The translations under genes and the position numbers were made by a program. Source: Candidatus Latescibacterota bacterium (GTDB lineage: Bacteria > Latescibacterota > UBA2968 > UBA8231). From it: 64,000 nucleotides of DNA. A model generated the notes under the pieces. The model ran no database searches and had not been told where the DNA came from. It worked only from the letters and a program-made list of their open reading frames with translations. The stretch covers positions 4,992,001 through 5,056,000 of the forward strand of contig OZ253462.1 in NCBI GenBank assembly GCA_965261395.1, written 5' to 3'. How positions within the stretch are numbered: the stretch's first letter is position 1; each line of letters opens with the position of its first letter. Below, piece after piece: positions 10,490 to 20,238 of this stretch.

Positions 10490-11563
10490 ATATTTCTCGC
10501 ACCCCTGCTTTTCTTTTAGCAGGTCCACCGCGTCTTTCACCTGCTGAGCCGCCCCCTTCCCACACACCAATAGCGCGTCTTCAGTATCCACCACCACCAA
10601 GTCCTCCACCCCCAGTAGCAGCACGATCTTGTCGGCCTGCCCGTACACCGTCGAACGGGCCGCGTCCAACGCCACCACCTCGCCTGCCAGCAAATTGCCC
10701 GCTGCATCCGTCGGTAATACGTCTGTCAGCGCCGCCCAAGAGCCGATGTCTCCCCAGTCGATATCCGCCTCTAGCGTGGCCACCTTGGAGGCGCGCTCGA
10801 CCAAGGCGTGGTCGATGGAAATCGGCTTGAGTTTTGGATACTCGTGGGCGATGACCGCTTCCTCTTCCGGCGTGCCAACGGCTGCTTGGATGCGCTGCAA
10901 TCCGGCGTGCATTTCCGGCTCAAAGCGGGCGAAAAGCTCCAGCACGGTCGCCGCCTTCCAGACAAACATGTTGCTGTTCCACAAATAATGGCCGCTGGCC
11001 GCGTACTCAGCAGCCTGTTGTGCGGCGGGCTTCTCCGTGAACTCGGAGACTGCGTACACCGGTGTCCCGTGCACCTGTGCCAACATGGGGCCACGGCGGA
11101 TGTAGCCATAACCGGTCTCAGCGCGCGTCGGCTTGACCCCGAGCGTGAACAAGTAGTCGGGCCGGTCGGTTAGGGCTTGGTTGGCGACCTGCAACAAGCG
11201 GCAGAACTCCTCGGGCCGGCCTATGTAGTGATCCGATCCCAAGCTGGCGACCGTGCAGCCCGGATGGCGGGCCTCTAACAGCGCGCATTCCAAGCCGATG
11301 GCCGGCCCGGTATTGCGCAGCGCCGGCTCGACGATGAGCTGCTCGGGCGGTAGCGCCGGTATCTGCTCGCTCACCAGCGACCGCAACGGGCCTCCGGTCG
11401 ATACGTACACATCGGCCGGCGCGGCAATCGCGCCGATGCGGGCGACTGCGTCTTGCAGCATGGTCTGCTCGCCGGCCATGCAGTGGAACTGCTTGGGCTT
11501 GCGCACGCGGCTATAGGGCCACAGCCGCGTGCCGACCCCTCCGGCGCGAATGACGAATTTCAT
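10484..11563 (-). CDS. manC: Mannose-1-phosphate guanylyltransferase
   Basis: AGGVGTRLWPYSR...PKQF, EPALRNT, ETGYGYI, FTEKP, WGDIGSW. Confidence 0.88.
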   Translation of the reverse strand: MKFVIRAGGVGTRLWPYSRVRKPKQFHCMAGEQTMLQDAVARIGAIAAPADVYVSTGGPLRSLVSEQIPALPPEQLIVEPALRNTGPAIGLECALLEARHPGCTVASLGSDHYIGRPEEFCRLLQVANQALTDRPDYLFTLGVKPTRAETGYGYIRRGPMLAQVHGTPVYAVSEFTEKPAAQQAAEYAASGHYLWNSNMFVWKAATVLELFARFEPEMHAGLQRIQAAVGTPEEEAVIAHEYPKLKPISIDHALVERASKVATLEADIDWGDIGSWAALTDVLPTDAAGNLLAGEVVALDAARSTVYGQADKIVLLLGVEDLVVVDTEDALLVCGKGAAQQVKDAVDLLKEKQGCEKYL

Positions 11564-11639
11564 GGGTTGACACTCCCTTATAGGTAAATTCAGCGCCGGG
11601 CAATATAACCAATCGCTCGGCCCCGAGCAGGGTGCGCTA

Positions 11640-11667
11640 TTGACAGCTTAACCTGATGCTGTACTAT
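11640..11667 (+). promoter_or_regulatory. Sigma70-like promoter for the ispH operon
   Basis: TTGACA-N16-TACTAT about 36 nt upstream of the ATG. Confidence 0.45.
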
Positions 11668-11703
11668 GTACTTTTAGTATAGAAATTCCACGAGGAGCCT
11701 CGC

Positions 11704-12960
11704 ATGGCGTATCCGCAATTTGACCGGGTCCCCAATCACTACGCCGGTCCCATTATCCAGCGCGTCAAGGATTACCGCCTGAAAAATGGCAAGCGTTCGC
11801 TGTGCCCGACGCTCCTAGAAATCGGTCAGCTACAGGTCTTAATCCCCCGGCACTTTGGCTTTTGCTTCGGGGTCGAGCGGGCCATTCACATGGCCTTTTC
11901 AGCCCTAAAGGAAAACCCGGATCGCAACACGTACCTCGTCAGCGAGATCATCCACAACCCCTTGGTCAACAACGACCTCAGAAAGCAAGGCGTCCGCTTC
12001 ATCTACGACCCCGAGGGAGATCGCCAAGTCTCTGAGGAGGAGCTAAGCAGCGACGACATTGCGCTCATTCCGGCCTTTGGCACCACCATGCAGAACGAGG
12101 AATCGCTCCGCCAAAGCGGCATCGACATTGAATCCGAGGAATACCGGGAAAACTACGATACCACCTGCCCCTTTGTGTCCAAGGTGTGGAAGCGCGGCGA
12201 GGAGCTAGGCCGCCAAGGCTATACCATCATCATCCACGGCAAGTACAACCACGCCGAGACTCAAGCCACTCATTCCCACACTGAAGAACACACCAAAACC
12301 CTAGTGGTGTTCGACGCCGCCGAAGCCGAGAAAGTAGCCGCGTACATCACAGGCGCGATGCCACTCGCCGACTTCGAGCGCGCCTTTGCCGGCAAAAGCT
12401 CAGAGGGTTTCGACCCACAAAAGGACCTAGAGCGGGTGGCCGTGGTCAACCAGACGACCATGCTCGCCGAGGAAACGCAGGAAGTGGCCGCCATTTTGCG
12501 CCGCGCCATGCGCCAGCGCTATGGCGCGGAAAACCTCGACTACCACTGCGCTGACACCAACGACACTCTGTGCTACGCCACCCACCAAAACCAGAACGCC
12601 ACGCGCACGCTGCTAAGCTCTGGTGCGGATTTGGCTTTAGTCGTTGGCGGCTACAATAGCTCGAACACCTCGCATTTAGTCGAACTGTGCCTCCAATCCA
12701 TGCCGAGCTTCCTCATCGCCAACAGCGACGAGATCCTATCGGACCAGCGCATCCGCCATTTCGACGTCCACGCTAAAAAAACAACCGAGAGCGAAGGCTG
12801 GCTGCCGCGCCCCCTGCCTGTGCGGCTGATCATTACCTCGGGCGCGTCCTGCCCGGATGTCCTCATGAACCAAGTGTTGGAAAAGGTCGCTGGCCTGTAC
12901 GGGTACGGCGCACAAGAAATCGACGGTGCCCCTTTGCAGCTCTTTGAGGAAAGCCTGTGA
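11704..12960 (+). CDS. ispH: 4-hydroxy-3-methylbut-2-enyl diphosphate reductase
   Basis: GFCFGVERA, EIIHN, DTTCPFV, NQTT, TLCYAT, GGYNSSNT, TSGASCP. Confidence 0.95.
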   Translation: MAYPQFDRVPNHYAGPIIQRVKDYRLKNGKRSLCPTLLEIGQLQVLIPRHFGFCFGVERAIHMAFSALKENPDRNTYLVSEIIHNPLVNNDLRKQGVRFIYDPEGDRQVSEEELSSDDIALIPAFGTTMQNEESLRQSGIDIESEEYRENYDTTCPFVSKVWKRGEELGRQGYTIIIHGKYNHAETQATHSHTEEHTKTLVVFDAAEAEKVAAYITGAMPLADFERAFAGKSSEGFDPQKDLERVAVVNQTTMLAEETQEVAAILRRAMRQRYGAENLDYHCADTNDTLCYATHQNQNATRTLLSSGADLALVVGGYNSSNTSHLVELCLQSMPSFLIANSDEILSDQRIRHFDVHAKKTTESEGWLPRPLPVRLIITSGASCPDVLMNQVLEKVAGLYGYGAQEIDGAPLQLFEESL

Positions 12961-13259
12961 TACTCGGCCTCGTCAAAGGGCACGTGATCTCCAGCGCCAA
13001 GGTAGAGGCACTCTCGGGCGAAAAACTCTTGATCGTCGAGATCCTCGCCGCCACGCCCGAGGGCTTGCAGCACACCCAGAAACACCTCGTCTGCATCGAC
13101 GCCGTGCAAGCGGGTGAGGGCGAACTCGTCGTCGTCGTCCAGGGCAGCTCAGCGCGGCAGGCACCGGGCATGGATCAGATACCCGTAGATGCGTTGATCG
13201 TTGGCATCGTGGATTCGCTACAGGCGTTTGGACGCGCCCTAGAAAAGCAAGTCGCATGA
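12957..13259 (+). CDS. eutN: BMC vertex protein (BMC-P, EutN/CcmL family) 1
   Basis: LGLVKGHVISSAK, DAVQAGEGELV, QGSSAR, PVDALIVGIVD. Confidence 0.9.
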   Translation: MILGLVKGHVISSAKVEALSGEKLLIVEILAATPEGLQHTQKHLVCIDAVQAGEGELVVVVQGSSARQAPGMDQIPVDALIVGIVDSLQAFGRALEKQVA

Positions 13260-13516
13260 GAGTCTGCCGCGTCATTGGCCACGTAGTCGCCAGCAGCAAA
13301 CATCCCTTGCTCGTCGGCCAGAAGATCATGGTGGTGCGCCCCGAAGGCGAGGAGGGCAGCGCTTTGCAAGTGGCGGTGGATGGGGTCCAAGCGGGGATCG
13401 GCAGCAAAGTACTGGTCGTGCAATCAGGGGCCGCCGGGGCCGAGGTGACCGGAGCCGAGCGGCCGCCGTGCAGGAGCGTGATCGTGGGAATTATCGACGA
13501 AGGGACCGCCGCGTGA
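13256..13516 (+). CDS. eutN: BMC vertex protein (BMC-P, EutN/CcmL family) 2
   Basis: RVIGHVVASSKHP, VAVDGVQAGIG, IVGIID. Confidence 0.88.
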   Translation: MRVCRVIGHVVASSKHPLLVGQKIMVVRPEGEEGSALQVAVDGVQAGIGSKVLVVQSGAAGAEVTGAERPPCRSVIVGIIDEGTAA

Positions 13517-13776
13517 AGCTAGCCAAGGTGGTGGGCACCGTAGTGCTCTCGCAGTGCATTGAACCATTTCGCGGCCAGATATTGCACTTGACCCAAGACA
13601 TCGACGAGCGCCTAGAGCCTGTGGGCGAGGCCGAGGTCTGCGCGACTTGGGCGGCCCTGCGCGAGGGCGACGCGGTGATCGTCGAAGTCGCGCGCGAAGC
13701 CTGCAATGCCTTCGCCCCTCCACTGCCTGTGGACGCGGCCATCGTCGGCAAGGTGGACGAGATACACCTCGGCTAA
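13513..13776 (+). CDS. eutN: BMC vertex protein (BMC-P, EutN/CcmL family) 3
   Basis: GTG start MKLAKVVGTVV, REACNAF, PVDAAIVGKVD. Confidence 0.88.
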   Translation: MKLAKVVGTVVLSQCIEPFRGQILHLTQDIDERLEPVGEAEVCATWAALREGDAVIVEVAREACNAFAPPLPVDAAIVGKVDEIHLG

Positions 13777-14069
13777 GCAGCACAGCGCTCGGCTCGAGCA
13801 CCGCGCACCCTTTCCAGCTCTAGCATCCAAGCATCTTCGTACTGACGCAGCACCCGATACCAAGCGCTCAGATCCGCTTCGCCGCGCAGGAGCTGACGGG
13901 CGGTTTGATCGACGACTTTCTCGGCCCGCTGAACCTGGGGACGGGTGGCCGAGCCGCGCATGGGAATGGGGCCGAAAGCGCTCCGCACCCGATTGATAAC
14001 CGCGCTGAGTTCGCCGCCCAGGCGGGATACAGATGGGAACGTGGGGGAGGATACGCGTTGCCTGTGCAT
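13773..14069 (-). CDS. Hypothetical protein (98 aa, helical)
   Basis: AGGAGG RBS; own promoter upstream. Confidence 0.65.
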   Translation of the reverse strand: MHRQRVSSPTFPSVSRLGGELSAVINRVRSAFGPIPMRGSATRPQVQRAEKVVDQTARQLLRGEADLSAWYRVLRQYEDAWMLELERVRGARAERCAA

Positions 14070-14133
14070 TGGAACCTCCTAAGGGAGTACTGGCGCTCGG
14101 GGATGCGCCAGAGAGGACGTGGGGAATCATTTT

Positions 14134-14186
14134 ACTGCACTTGTGTTCAGTAATTAAAATATACTGAACACAAGTGCAGTTGTCAA
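14134..14186 (-). promoter_or_regulatory. Sigma70-like promoter overlapped by a perfect 19-bp inverted repeat (candidate operator)
   Basis: Minus strand TTGACA-N17-TATATT (14186..14158); ACTGCACTTGTGTTCAGTA-N9-TACTGAACACAAGTGCAGT at 14134..14180. Confidence 0.7.
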
Positions 14187-14221
14187 GCAAATTAACCCCT
14201 TGCAGCGCGTTTTTTTCGCCC

Positions 14222-14590
14222 TCAAATCCTCCATCTCCGCAGGCTAAACTCACCGTTGGCCAGCCACCTCCAGCCCACGTAGAGCATCGCCAGCATCAAA
14301 GCAACTTTCAGCAGCAAAAGCGCAGCCCCAAAGACGCCGGCCACCAAGCTCCACGCGGCCCAAAATGCCAGCCAGACTCCAGCGAGTAGGGCCAAGGCTC
14401 CGACGACCCGGCCCAAGATGCTCTCGCCGCGCAGCCAGCGCAGACCTATGTAGAGCGCCCCGGCAGCCAAGAGGCCGACCGCAACTGCGCCGAGCAAACC
14501 AAAGAGGCTGCCGAACACGGGCCAGATCAGCTTGACCCCCCAAGCAACGCCCCCGATTAGCAATATCACACCTAGTATTCTGGCCAACAT
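14222..14590 (-). CDS. Small integral membrane protein (about 4 TM)
   Basis: Almost wholly hydrophobic; AGGAGG RBS. Confidence 0.75.
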   Translation of the reverse strand: MLARILGVILLIGGVAWGVKLIWPVFGSLFGLLGAVAVGLLAAGALYIGLRWLRGESILGRVVGALALLAGVWLAFWAAWSLVAGVFGAALLLLKVALMLAMLYVGWRWLANGEFSLRRWRI

Positions 14591-14623
14591 GACTGGCCTC
14601 CTTTACGATGCTTTTGGTCTCGC

Positions 14624-15313
14624 CTAAAGGCGAGGTGAAGCCGCTTTCAGCGCGGCCATTTCCTCTGCGACTTTGCGGTCGCGCTCGGCTCGGCGCTCGG
14701 CAGCTAATTCGCGCAACACTTCGGCCTCAGCAACTGCCTGATCCACCTGTTCCTCAAAGCGCGTCAGTTCGTGCTCGCTTTGCTGCACTCGCTGCGCGAT
14801 CGCGGTAAAGCGGAGTGCGGGCGCGTCTTCGCCGAATGCTACACCGCGCTCGCGCTCGGCGCAACAGCGGGCGATCAGCTTGCCCCGCCGCGCGCGGATA
14901 TCGCGCAGCTTTTGGCGCAGGATCTCGACCTGCTCCTCTAACTGGACCACGGTATCGCAACTCTCTGCGAGGGCCGGTTCCAGCCGCACGTGCGCCTGGT
15001 CCAGCTCCGTCTTCTGTATCAAGGCAAGCCGCGCGCCCTCGTCGTTTCCGGCCTCCACCGCGGCTGTGGCCTTCGCTTGCCACATCTGCATCTGCTCGGC
15101 GTTGCGCTGGAAGTCGCGCTCCACGCGCCGCTTGGTGGCCCGCGCCTTGACCAGCGCGGCTACGGCTTGGTCAACGGCGCGCGCTACGTCGCGGACGATC
15201 TGATCCACCATCTTGGCTGGATCCTCAATCCGGTCCAGCGCCTCATTGAGGTTCGCCTTCCAGATGGCGGCGATCCGCTCTATTGCTCCCATTATATGGC
15301 TCCTATTGTTCAC
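14624..15313 (-). CDS. pspA: PspA/IM30 family protein
   Basis: ANLNEALDRIEDPAKMVDQ, coiled coil, A..AG.DE.AR.AL pattern. Confidence 0.85.
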   Translation of the reverse strand: MNNRSHIMGAIERIAAIWKANLNEALDRIEDPAKMVDQIVRDVARAVDQAVAALVKARATKRRVERDFQRNAEQMQMWQAKATAAVEAGNDEGARLALIQKTELDQAHVRLEPALAESCDTVVQLEEQVEILRQKLRDIRARRGKLIARCCAERERGVAFGEDAPALRFTAIAQRVQQSEHELTRFEEQVDQAVAEAEVLRELAAERRAERDRKVAEEMAALKAASPRL

Positions 15314-15315
15314 GC

Positions 15316-15525
15316 CTAAAGGCGCGGTGAAGCGGGGTTAGTGCTTTGGGCCACCCGACAGCGCTGCCGCTGCCGCCGCGCAAAAGGCGATTCAATGTCG
15401 TATTTGCGGCAGAGCCGGCTAAAGCTGCGTATCGTGATCCCCAGCGCCCGACTGGCGTCCTGATTGCATTTGTACATCCGCGCCACGCGCTCGATCTGCT
15501 CCCTGCTAAGTCCTTTGTTCACCAA
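15316..15525 (-). CDS. Small Fis-like helix-turn-helix protein
   Basis: NQDASRALGITIRSFSRLCRKYDI; GGAGG RBS before TTG. Confidence 0.7.
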   Translation of the reverse strand: MVNKGLSREQIERVARMYKCNQDASRALGITIRSFSRLCRKYDIESPFARRQRQRCRVAQSTNPASPRL

Positions 15526-15959
15526 GGTAGCCTCCTTGTTGGGGTAGGGGATTCACCCCGTTTATTAGCAAAGGGCGTACCGCCGTTTTGCGAGACTCAT
15601 AACTCATTTGTAAACAATCGGATAGAATTTCAAGAGGAGCGTGGCACTACCCGTGTTTATGGCAGCATTCGCCACTTTTGGCGAGAGCCGCCAGCCGCAT
15701 GTATGCATGCACATCGCGGCGCGCGTTGACGGGCTACAAGTGTATGTTCATATTGTCTTCCATTTGTTTTATATATGAAACAAATGTTTTATAATACGGT
15801 CATAAATTAGGATCAAAAGGCTTACCGAGGAAAAACCGCTTGAATCGATAGCTCAACTTGTCCATTTTGTCTTATATTCAATATTTAATATTTATAAAAC
15901 CATGCTGCCGCGTACCCAGTTAGGGTATCTTTCAATCACTCAGTGATGGAGAAACTCAG

Positions 15960-16949
15960 TTGAATCCGCACAAGAGAGAAGTCATTGCGAGCATGGAGGA
16001 TTTCGTCAGGGACCAACTCCCGTTGCTCAAGTCCGTAGAAGACAGTTGGCAGCCCGACGATTTTCTTCCCAATATGGGCACGGAAAACTGGGAAGACTCC
16101 ATCCGCGAATTCCGCACCCGCGCCCAAGCGCTTCCCGACGATGTCCTCGTCGTCCTCGTCGGCGACATGATCACCGAGGAAGCCCTGCCCACCTATCAGA
16201 CCTTGCTCAACAGCTTTGAAGGCGTGTCGGACACCACCGGCACGGATCCTAGCCCGTGGGCCCAATGGTCGCGCGGTTGGACGGCCGAGGAAAATCGCCA
16301 CGGCGACCTGCTCAACAAATACCTCTTCCTCACGGGCCGCGTCGATATGCGCGCCATCGAGACGACGATCCAATACCTGCTGCGCACTGGCTTCAACCCG
16401 CAGGCCGCCCAAGATCCCTACAAGGGCTTCGTCTATACGTCTTTCCAAGAGCGAGCGACCCGCATTTCCCACAGCAACGTGGCCCGCTTGGCGCAAAGGG
16501 CCGGCGATTCGCACCTCAAGACCATCTGCGGCGTCGTGGCCGGCGACGAAGCCCGCCACGAAAGAGCGTACACGAACTTTATCAAGAAAATTTTCGAGCT
16601 GGACCCAAGCGGGGCAATATTGGCCTTCCGCGACCTAATGAAACGCCAAGTCGTCATGCCCGCTCACCTGATGACCGACGGGCAGGACCCCAACCTCTTT
16701 GAACACTTCTCGATCGTGGCTCAGCGGCTCGGGGTGTACACGGCCAAGCACTACGCCGAAATTACCGAGCACCTAGTCCGCCAGTGGGAGTTGGACTCGC
16801 TCTGCGGCCTCACCGGCGAAGCGGCCGCGGCCCAAGACTATTTGTGCAAGCTCGGGCCGCGCTACGCCAGGCTAGCTGAGCGCAACGAGCGACGGCAGAA
16901 TCACACCTCGCCGCTGCGGTTTAGCTGGATCCACAACCGCAGCGTCTAA
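15960..16949 (+). CDS. Acyl-ACP desaturase (soluble di-iron type)
   Basis: SWQPDDFLP, GDMITEEALPTY, WTAEENRHG, YTSFQERAT, DEARHE. Confidence 0.93.
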   Translation: MNPHKREVIASMEDFVRDQLPLLKSVEDSWQPDDFLPNMGTENWEDSIREFRTRAQALPDDVLVVLVGDMITEEALPTYQTLLNSFEGVSDTTGTDPSPWAQWSRGWTAEENRHGDLLNKYLFLTGRVDMRAIETTIQYLLRTGFNPQAAQDPYKGFVYTSFQERATRISHSNVARLAQRAGDSHLKTICGVVAGDEARHERAYTNFIKKIFELDPSGAILAFRDLMKRQVVMPAHLMTDGQDPNLFEHFSIVAQRLGVYTAKHYAEITEHLVRQWELDSLCGLTGEAAAAQDYLCKLGPRYARLAERNERRQNHTSPLRFSWIHNRSV

Positions 16950-16966
16950 CCGGGGCCGCAGTCAGC

Positions 16967-17809
16967 ATGCGTCCACGGCCTTCCGATCCCTTTTTCGCAC
17001 TCGTTCAAAAGGCGCGCGACCCCTCCGGCGAGATTGACCTCGCCCGCGGGGCCTTGCTCATCGCCCTACAAGCGTATCCCAACCTCGACCTCGAGCACTA
17101 CCTGCGGCAACTCGACGCGCTGAGCGAGGGCTTTCGCGCCCGCTATGCCACGACCGATTCCCTGCCAGCCTCGCTGGCCAATCTGAGTCAATACGTGTTC
17201 GGCGACCTCGGCTTCCGCGGCAACCGCGCTCACTACGACGACCCCCGCAACAGCTATCTCAACGAGGTTCTCGACCGCCGCCTCGGCATTCCCATCACCC
17301 TAGCGGTCGTCTATCTAGAGCTAGGGAAGCGGCTGTCCTTTCCCCTCGCAGGGGTCAATTTTCCGCAGCACTTCCTCGTGCGCAGCACCCAAGGCGACGA
17401 ACCGCTCTTCGTCGATCCCTTTGCCGGCGGCGCTTTTGTCGCTAGCCAGTCCCTGGGCGAGCGGCTGCCGGTCATCGAGGGACGCCGGCTAGAATTGGCC
17501 GCCGAGTTCATCGAGCCAGCCTCGTCGCTGCACATCTTAGCGCGCATGCTCCGCAACCTCAAACGCCTCCACTTCCAAGCCCGTGAGTTTGCCACGGCCA
17601 TCCGCTGGGCCGAGAAAATCGCGTACCTACAGCCAGCCGAGGCCGAAAACTACCGCGACCTCGGCTTCCTCTACCACCACACCCGCGATCATCTCAAGGC
17701 CATCGAGGCTTTTAGCGAGTATCTCCGCTGGGCCGGCGACGCCCCGGACACCTCCACCATCGAGCACAACATCCGCGTTCTTGCCAATCGCCTGATCTCG
17801 CTCAACTGA
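16967..17809 (+). CDS. SirB1/transglutaminase-like protein with C-terminal TPR
   Basis: YDDPRNSYLNEVLDRRLGIPITL, GVNFPQHF, RMLRNLK. Confidence 0.85.
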   Translation: MRPRPSDPFFALVQKARDPSGEIDLARGALLIALQAYPNLDLEHYLRQLDALSEGFRARYATTDSLPASLANLSQYVFGDLGFRGNRAHYDDPRNSYLNEVLDRRLGIPITLAVVYLELGKRLSFPLAGVNFPQHFLVRSTQGDEPLFVDPFAGGAFVASQSLGERLPVIEGRRLELAAEFIEPASSLHILARMLRNLKRLHFQAREFATAIRWAEKIAYLQPAEAENYRDLGFLYHHTRDHLKAIEAFSEYLRWAGDAPDTSTIEHNIRVLANRLISLN

Positions 17810-17810
17810 T

Positions 17811-19334
17811 TCAGTCCGCTTCGCGCTCTGCTGGGCTGACGTCTTCCTTGGCCGTCAACCAGCGCATGACCTCTCCCAACCGCGGCGGCTTGCCCGTCAT
17901 CAAGATGCCGATGCGGAAGACCTTGCCCGCTCCATGCACCGCAAAGTAGATAGACAAGAGCAGCAGCACTGTGGTAGCCAAATACTCCCACAGGGGCGGT
18001 GAGCCAGCGGCCCGGTTCATCATGACAAAAGGGGTAAAGAGCGGTATGTAGGACATAACCCGCGCCAAGGTGCCGTTGGGGTCTTGGGTGATGGGTACCA
18101 TCATAAGCAACGGCACGATCAGCGGGAGCAGGAGCGGCAACATCAGGCTCTGCGCGTCTTTTAAGCTATTGCACAGCGAGCCAGCCCCCACCAACAAGCA
18201 GGCGTACAACAGGAAGCCAGCCAAGAAGTAAAAGACAAAGGACCACAAGTAAAGTGGAGTGCTGGCAATGCCGACGATGGAGGCCGCATCGTCCCCCAAC
18301 GCGGCCGGCGCGACCACCACCCCCACCACCACGCACACGACCCACGTAAAGACCAAGGTCAGTCCAACCGCGGCCGTGCCAGCGATCTTGCCAGCCATCA
18401 GTTCAAAGGGTGAGAGCGCGGACAGCAGCACTTCGATCAGGCGCGACGACTTCTCCTCCACGGTATTGGTCATCAGCGTCTGCGCGTTGATAAATATCGC
18501 CATCCACAATAGGTACACGAACGGTATGACGGCCCACTGCTGGACCTTGTCGCCGGTGGAAACCTCGGCTTCTCCGCCGCGCTTATCGACCTTGCGCTCC
18601 GCGAAATGCACTGGGGTCTGCAACCAGTGGCTCGTTTCCGCGTCGAGGCCCGCCTGCGCAATGCGCCGCGCCCGCACCACTTGGAACACCCGGTCTGCAA
18701 ACCAATGGCGCAAGTCCCGATCGGTCAGATTCAAAGAGATGTATTTGCACCCCTCGTCGTTGGCGACTGGATCTGGGGCGATGACGAAATAGGCAAAGAG
18801 CGCGCCGTCGTTTACCATGCGATTGAGCGCGGTTGGTGCATCGTCGCCGCTGGGTAAATCCACCCGGACGTAGCGGCTGCGCGAGAGTTCCAAGTCGAGG
18901 GCCTCCAACTCCTCGGCCGACACCTGCTGCCACCACTCGACAAGGCCGGCCGCACTCTCACCTTTGCCCGCAGCGAGGTCCTGTACCAGCCCCGGCCGCT
19001 CCCCTTCCGCCAAGCTCACATAGCCCTTCGCGGCTGCCCTGACCGCGGCCGGCAAGCGCTCCCAAGCCGAACCGCCGTCGCGATAACGCGCCGCCGCGTC
19101 CCGCAGCACTATGCCCAGATCCTCGGCCAAAATGCCCTTTTCCACCTCCTGTAGCACAAAACCCGAATGGTCGATCACAGCATAGGTGCGTGCCTGTTTG
19201 GTTCCGATCAATAGAATGGGCACCACAACGCTCAAGGCGAGGATGAGCGGGAAGGCCAAGACGCCGATCCAAAACCCCTTGGTGCGGACGTTCTCCATGT
19301 ATTCGCGCCGAGCAACCAAAGCAATTTTACGCAT
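17811..19334 (-). CDS. ABC-2 type permease (NatB/YhaP-like)
   Basis: VARREY, EEKSSRLIEVLLS, GKIAG, multiple TM helices. Confidence 0.88.
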   Translation of the reverse strand: MRKIALVARREYMENVRTKGFWIGVLAFPLILALSVVVPILLIGTKQARTYAVIDHSGFVLQEVEKGILAEDLGIVLRDAAARYRDGGSAWERLPAAVRAAAKGYVSLAEGERPGLVQDLAAGKGESAAGLVEWWQQVSAEELEALDLELSRSRYVRVDLPSGDDAPTALNRMVNDGALFAYFVIAPDPVANDEGCKYISLNLTDRDLRHWFADRVFQVVRARRIAQAGLDAETSHWLQTPVHFAERKVDKRGGEAEVSTGDKVQQWAVIPFVYLLWMAIFINAQTLMTNTVEEKSSRLIEVLLSALSPFELMAGKIAGTAAVGLTLVFTWVVCVVVGVVVAPAALGDDAASIVGIASTPLYLWSFVFYFLAGFLLYACLLVGAGSLCNSLKDAQSLMLPLLLPLIVPLLMMVPITQDPNGTLARVMSYIPLFTPFVMMNRAAGSPPLWEYLATTVLLLLSIYFAVHGAGKVFRIGILMTGKPPRLGEVMRWLTAKEDVSPAEREAD

Positions 19335-20238
19335 CGTCGGCCTCCCCTATAGAGCGGATGAAAATCTCGTGCAACGAGGCCGTGCGCAGAGCGAAGCCCC
19401 GGATATGCACCTTGTGGACGAGCGCGGCCAACACCGCTTGCGAGTCCGCGTCCTCAGCCAGAAAAAGCTCGGCCCGCTTGCCCGAGTCGTTGACCCGGAT
19501 AACGCCCGGCAGATCGCGTAGCAGACGCCCGTCGCCATCGTAGTCGAGCACCGCAGCGTGCCCTCCGCTGGCGAGCACTTGGCCCAACGGGCCATCGACG
19601 ACCTTCTGCCCCTTGTTGATCAGTGCGACAAAATCGCATAGCTGCTCGGCCTGCTCCATGAGGTGGGTCGAGAAGACCACCGTCTTGCCATCGCGGCGCA
19701 TCTGCAAAATGGCATCTCGCATCAGATCGCGATTGACCGGGTCCAGCCCGGAAAAAGGCTCGTCGAGAATGACCAACTCGGGCTCGTGGATCAGCGCCGA
19801 GAGCAATTGCACCTTTTGCTCCATGCCCTTGGAAAGCACCTCGCAGCGCCGATCCTGATAGTCACCAAGGCCATAGCGCTGCAACAACTCGGCGGCCCGC
19901 TGCTGCGCCACGTCGGCCGCAACCCCCTTGAGCCGCGCGAAATAGGTCATCTGCTCGGCGACCTTCATCTTCTTGTACAGGCCCTTTTCCTCGGGCAGAT
20001 AGCCAAGCTGGTCTTTGACCGCGAGGGCCTGTTGCCCATCCAGCAGGCCGATGCGCCCGGAGTCGGCGAAGAAGATGCTCATAATCATGCGGATCAGGGT
20101 CGTCTTACCCGCGCCGTTGGGCCCCAACATCCCATAGATACATCCGGCGGGTACGCGCAGCGACACCCCGCGCACGGCCTCGACCGCGCCGAAACGCTTC
20201 CACACGTCTTCGAGCTGCACTGCCGTTGAAAAAGCCAT
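19327..20238 (-). CDS. ABC transporter ATP-binding protein (NatA/YhaQ-like)
   Basis: GPNGAGKTT, LSKG, LDEPFSGLD; likely start MAFSTAVQL. Confidence 0.9.
   Translation of the reverse strand: MAFSTAVQLEDVWKRFGAVEAVRGVSLRVPAGCIYGMLGPNGAGKTTLIRMIMSIFFADSGRIGLLDGQQALAVKDQLGYLPEEKGLYKKMKVAEQMTYFARLKGVAADVAQQRAAELLQRYGLGDYQDRRCEVLSKGMEQKVQLLSALIHEPELVILDEPFSGLDPVNRDLMRDAILQMRRDGKTVVFSTHLMEQAEQLCDFVALINKGQKVVDGPLGQVLASGGHAAVLDYDGDGRLLRDLPGVIRVNDSGKRAELFLAEDADSQAVLAALVHKVHIRGFALRTASLHEIFIRSIGEADDA

Noticed and set aside
14134-14180. CIRCE element
   Set aside because: The spacer is N9 but the arms do not match TTAGCACTC/GAGTGCTAA
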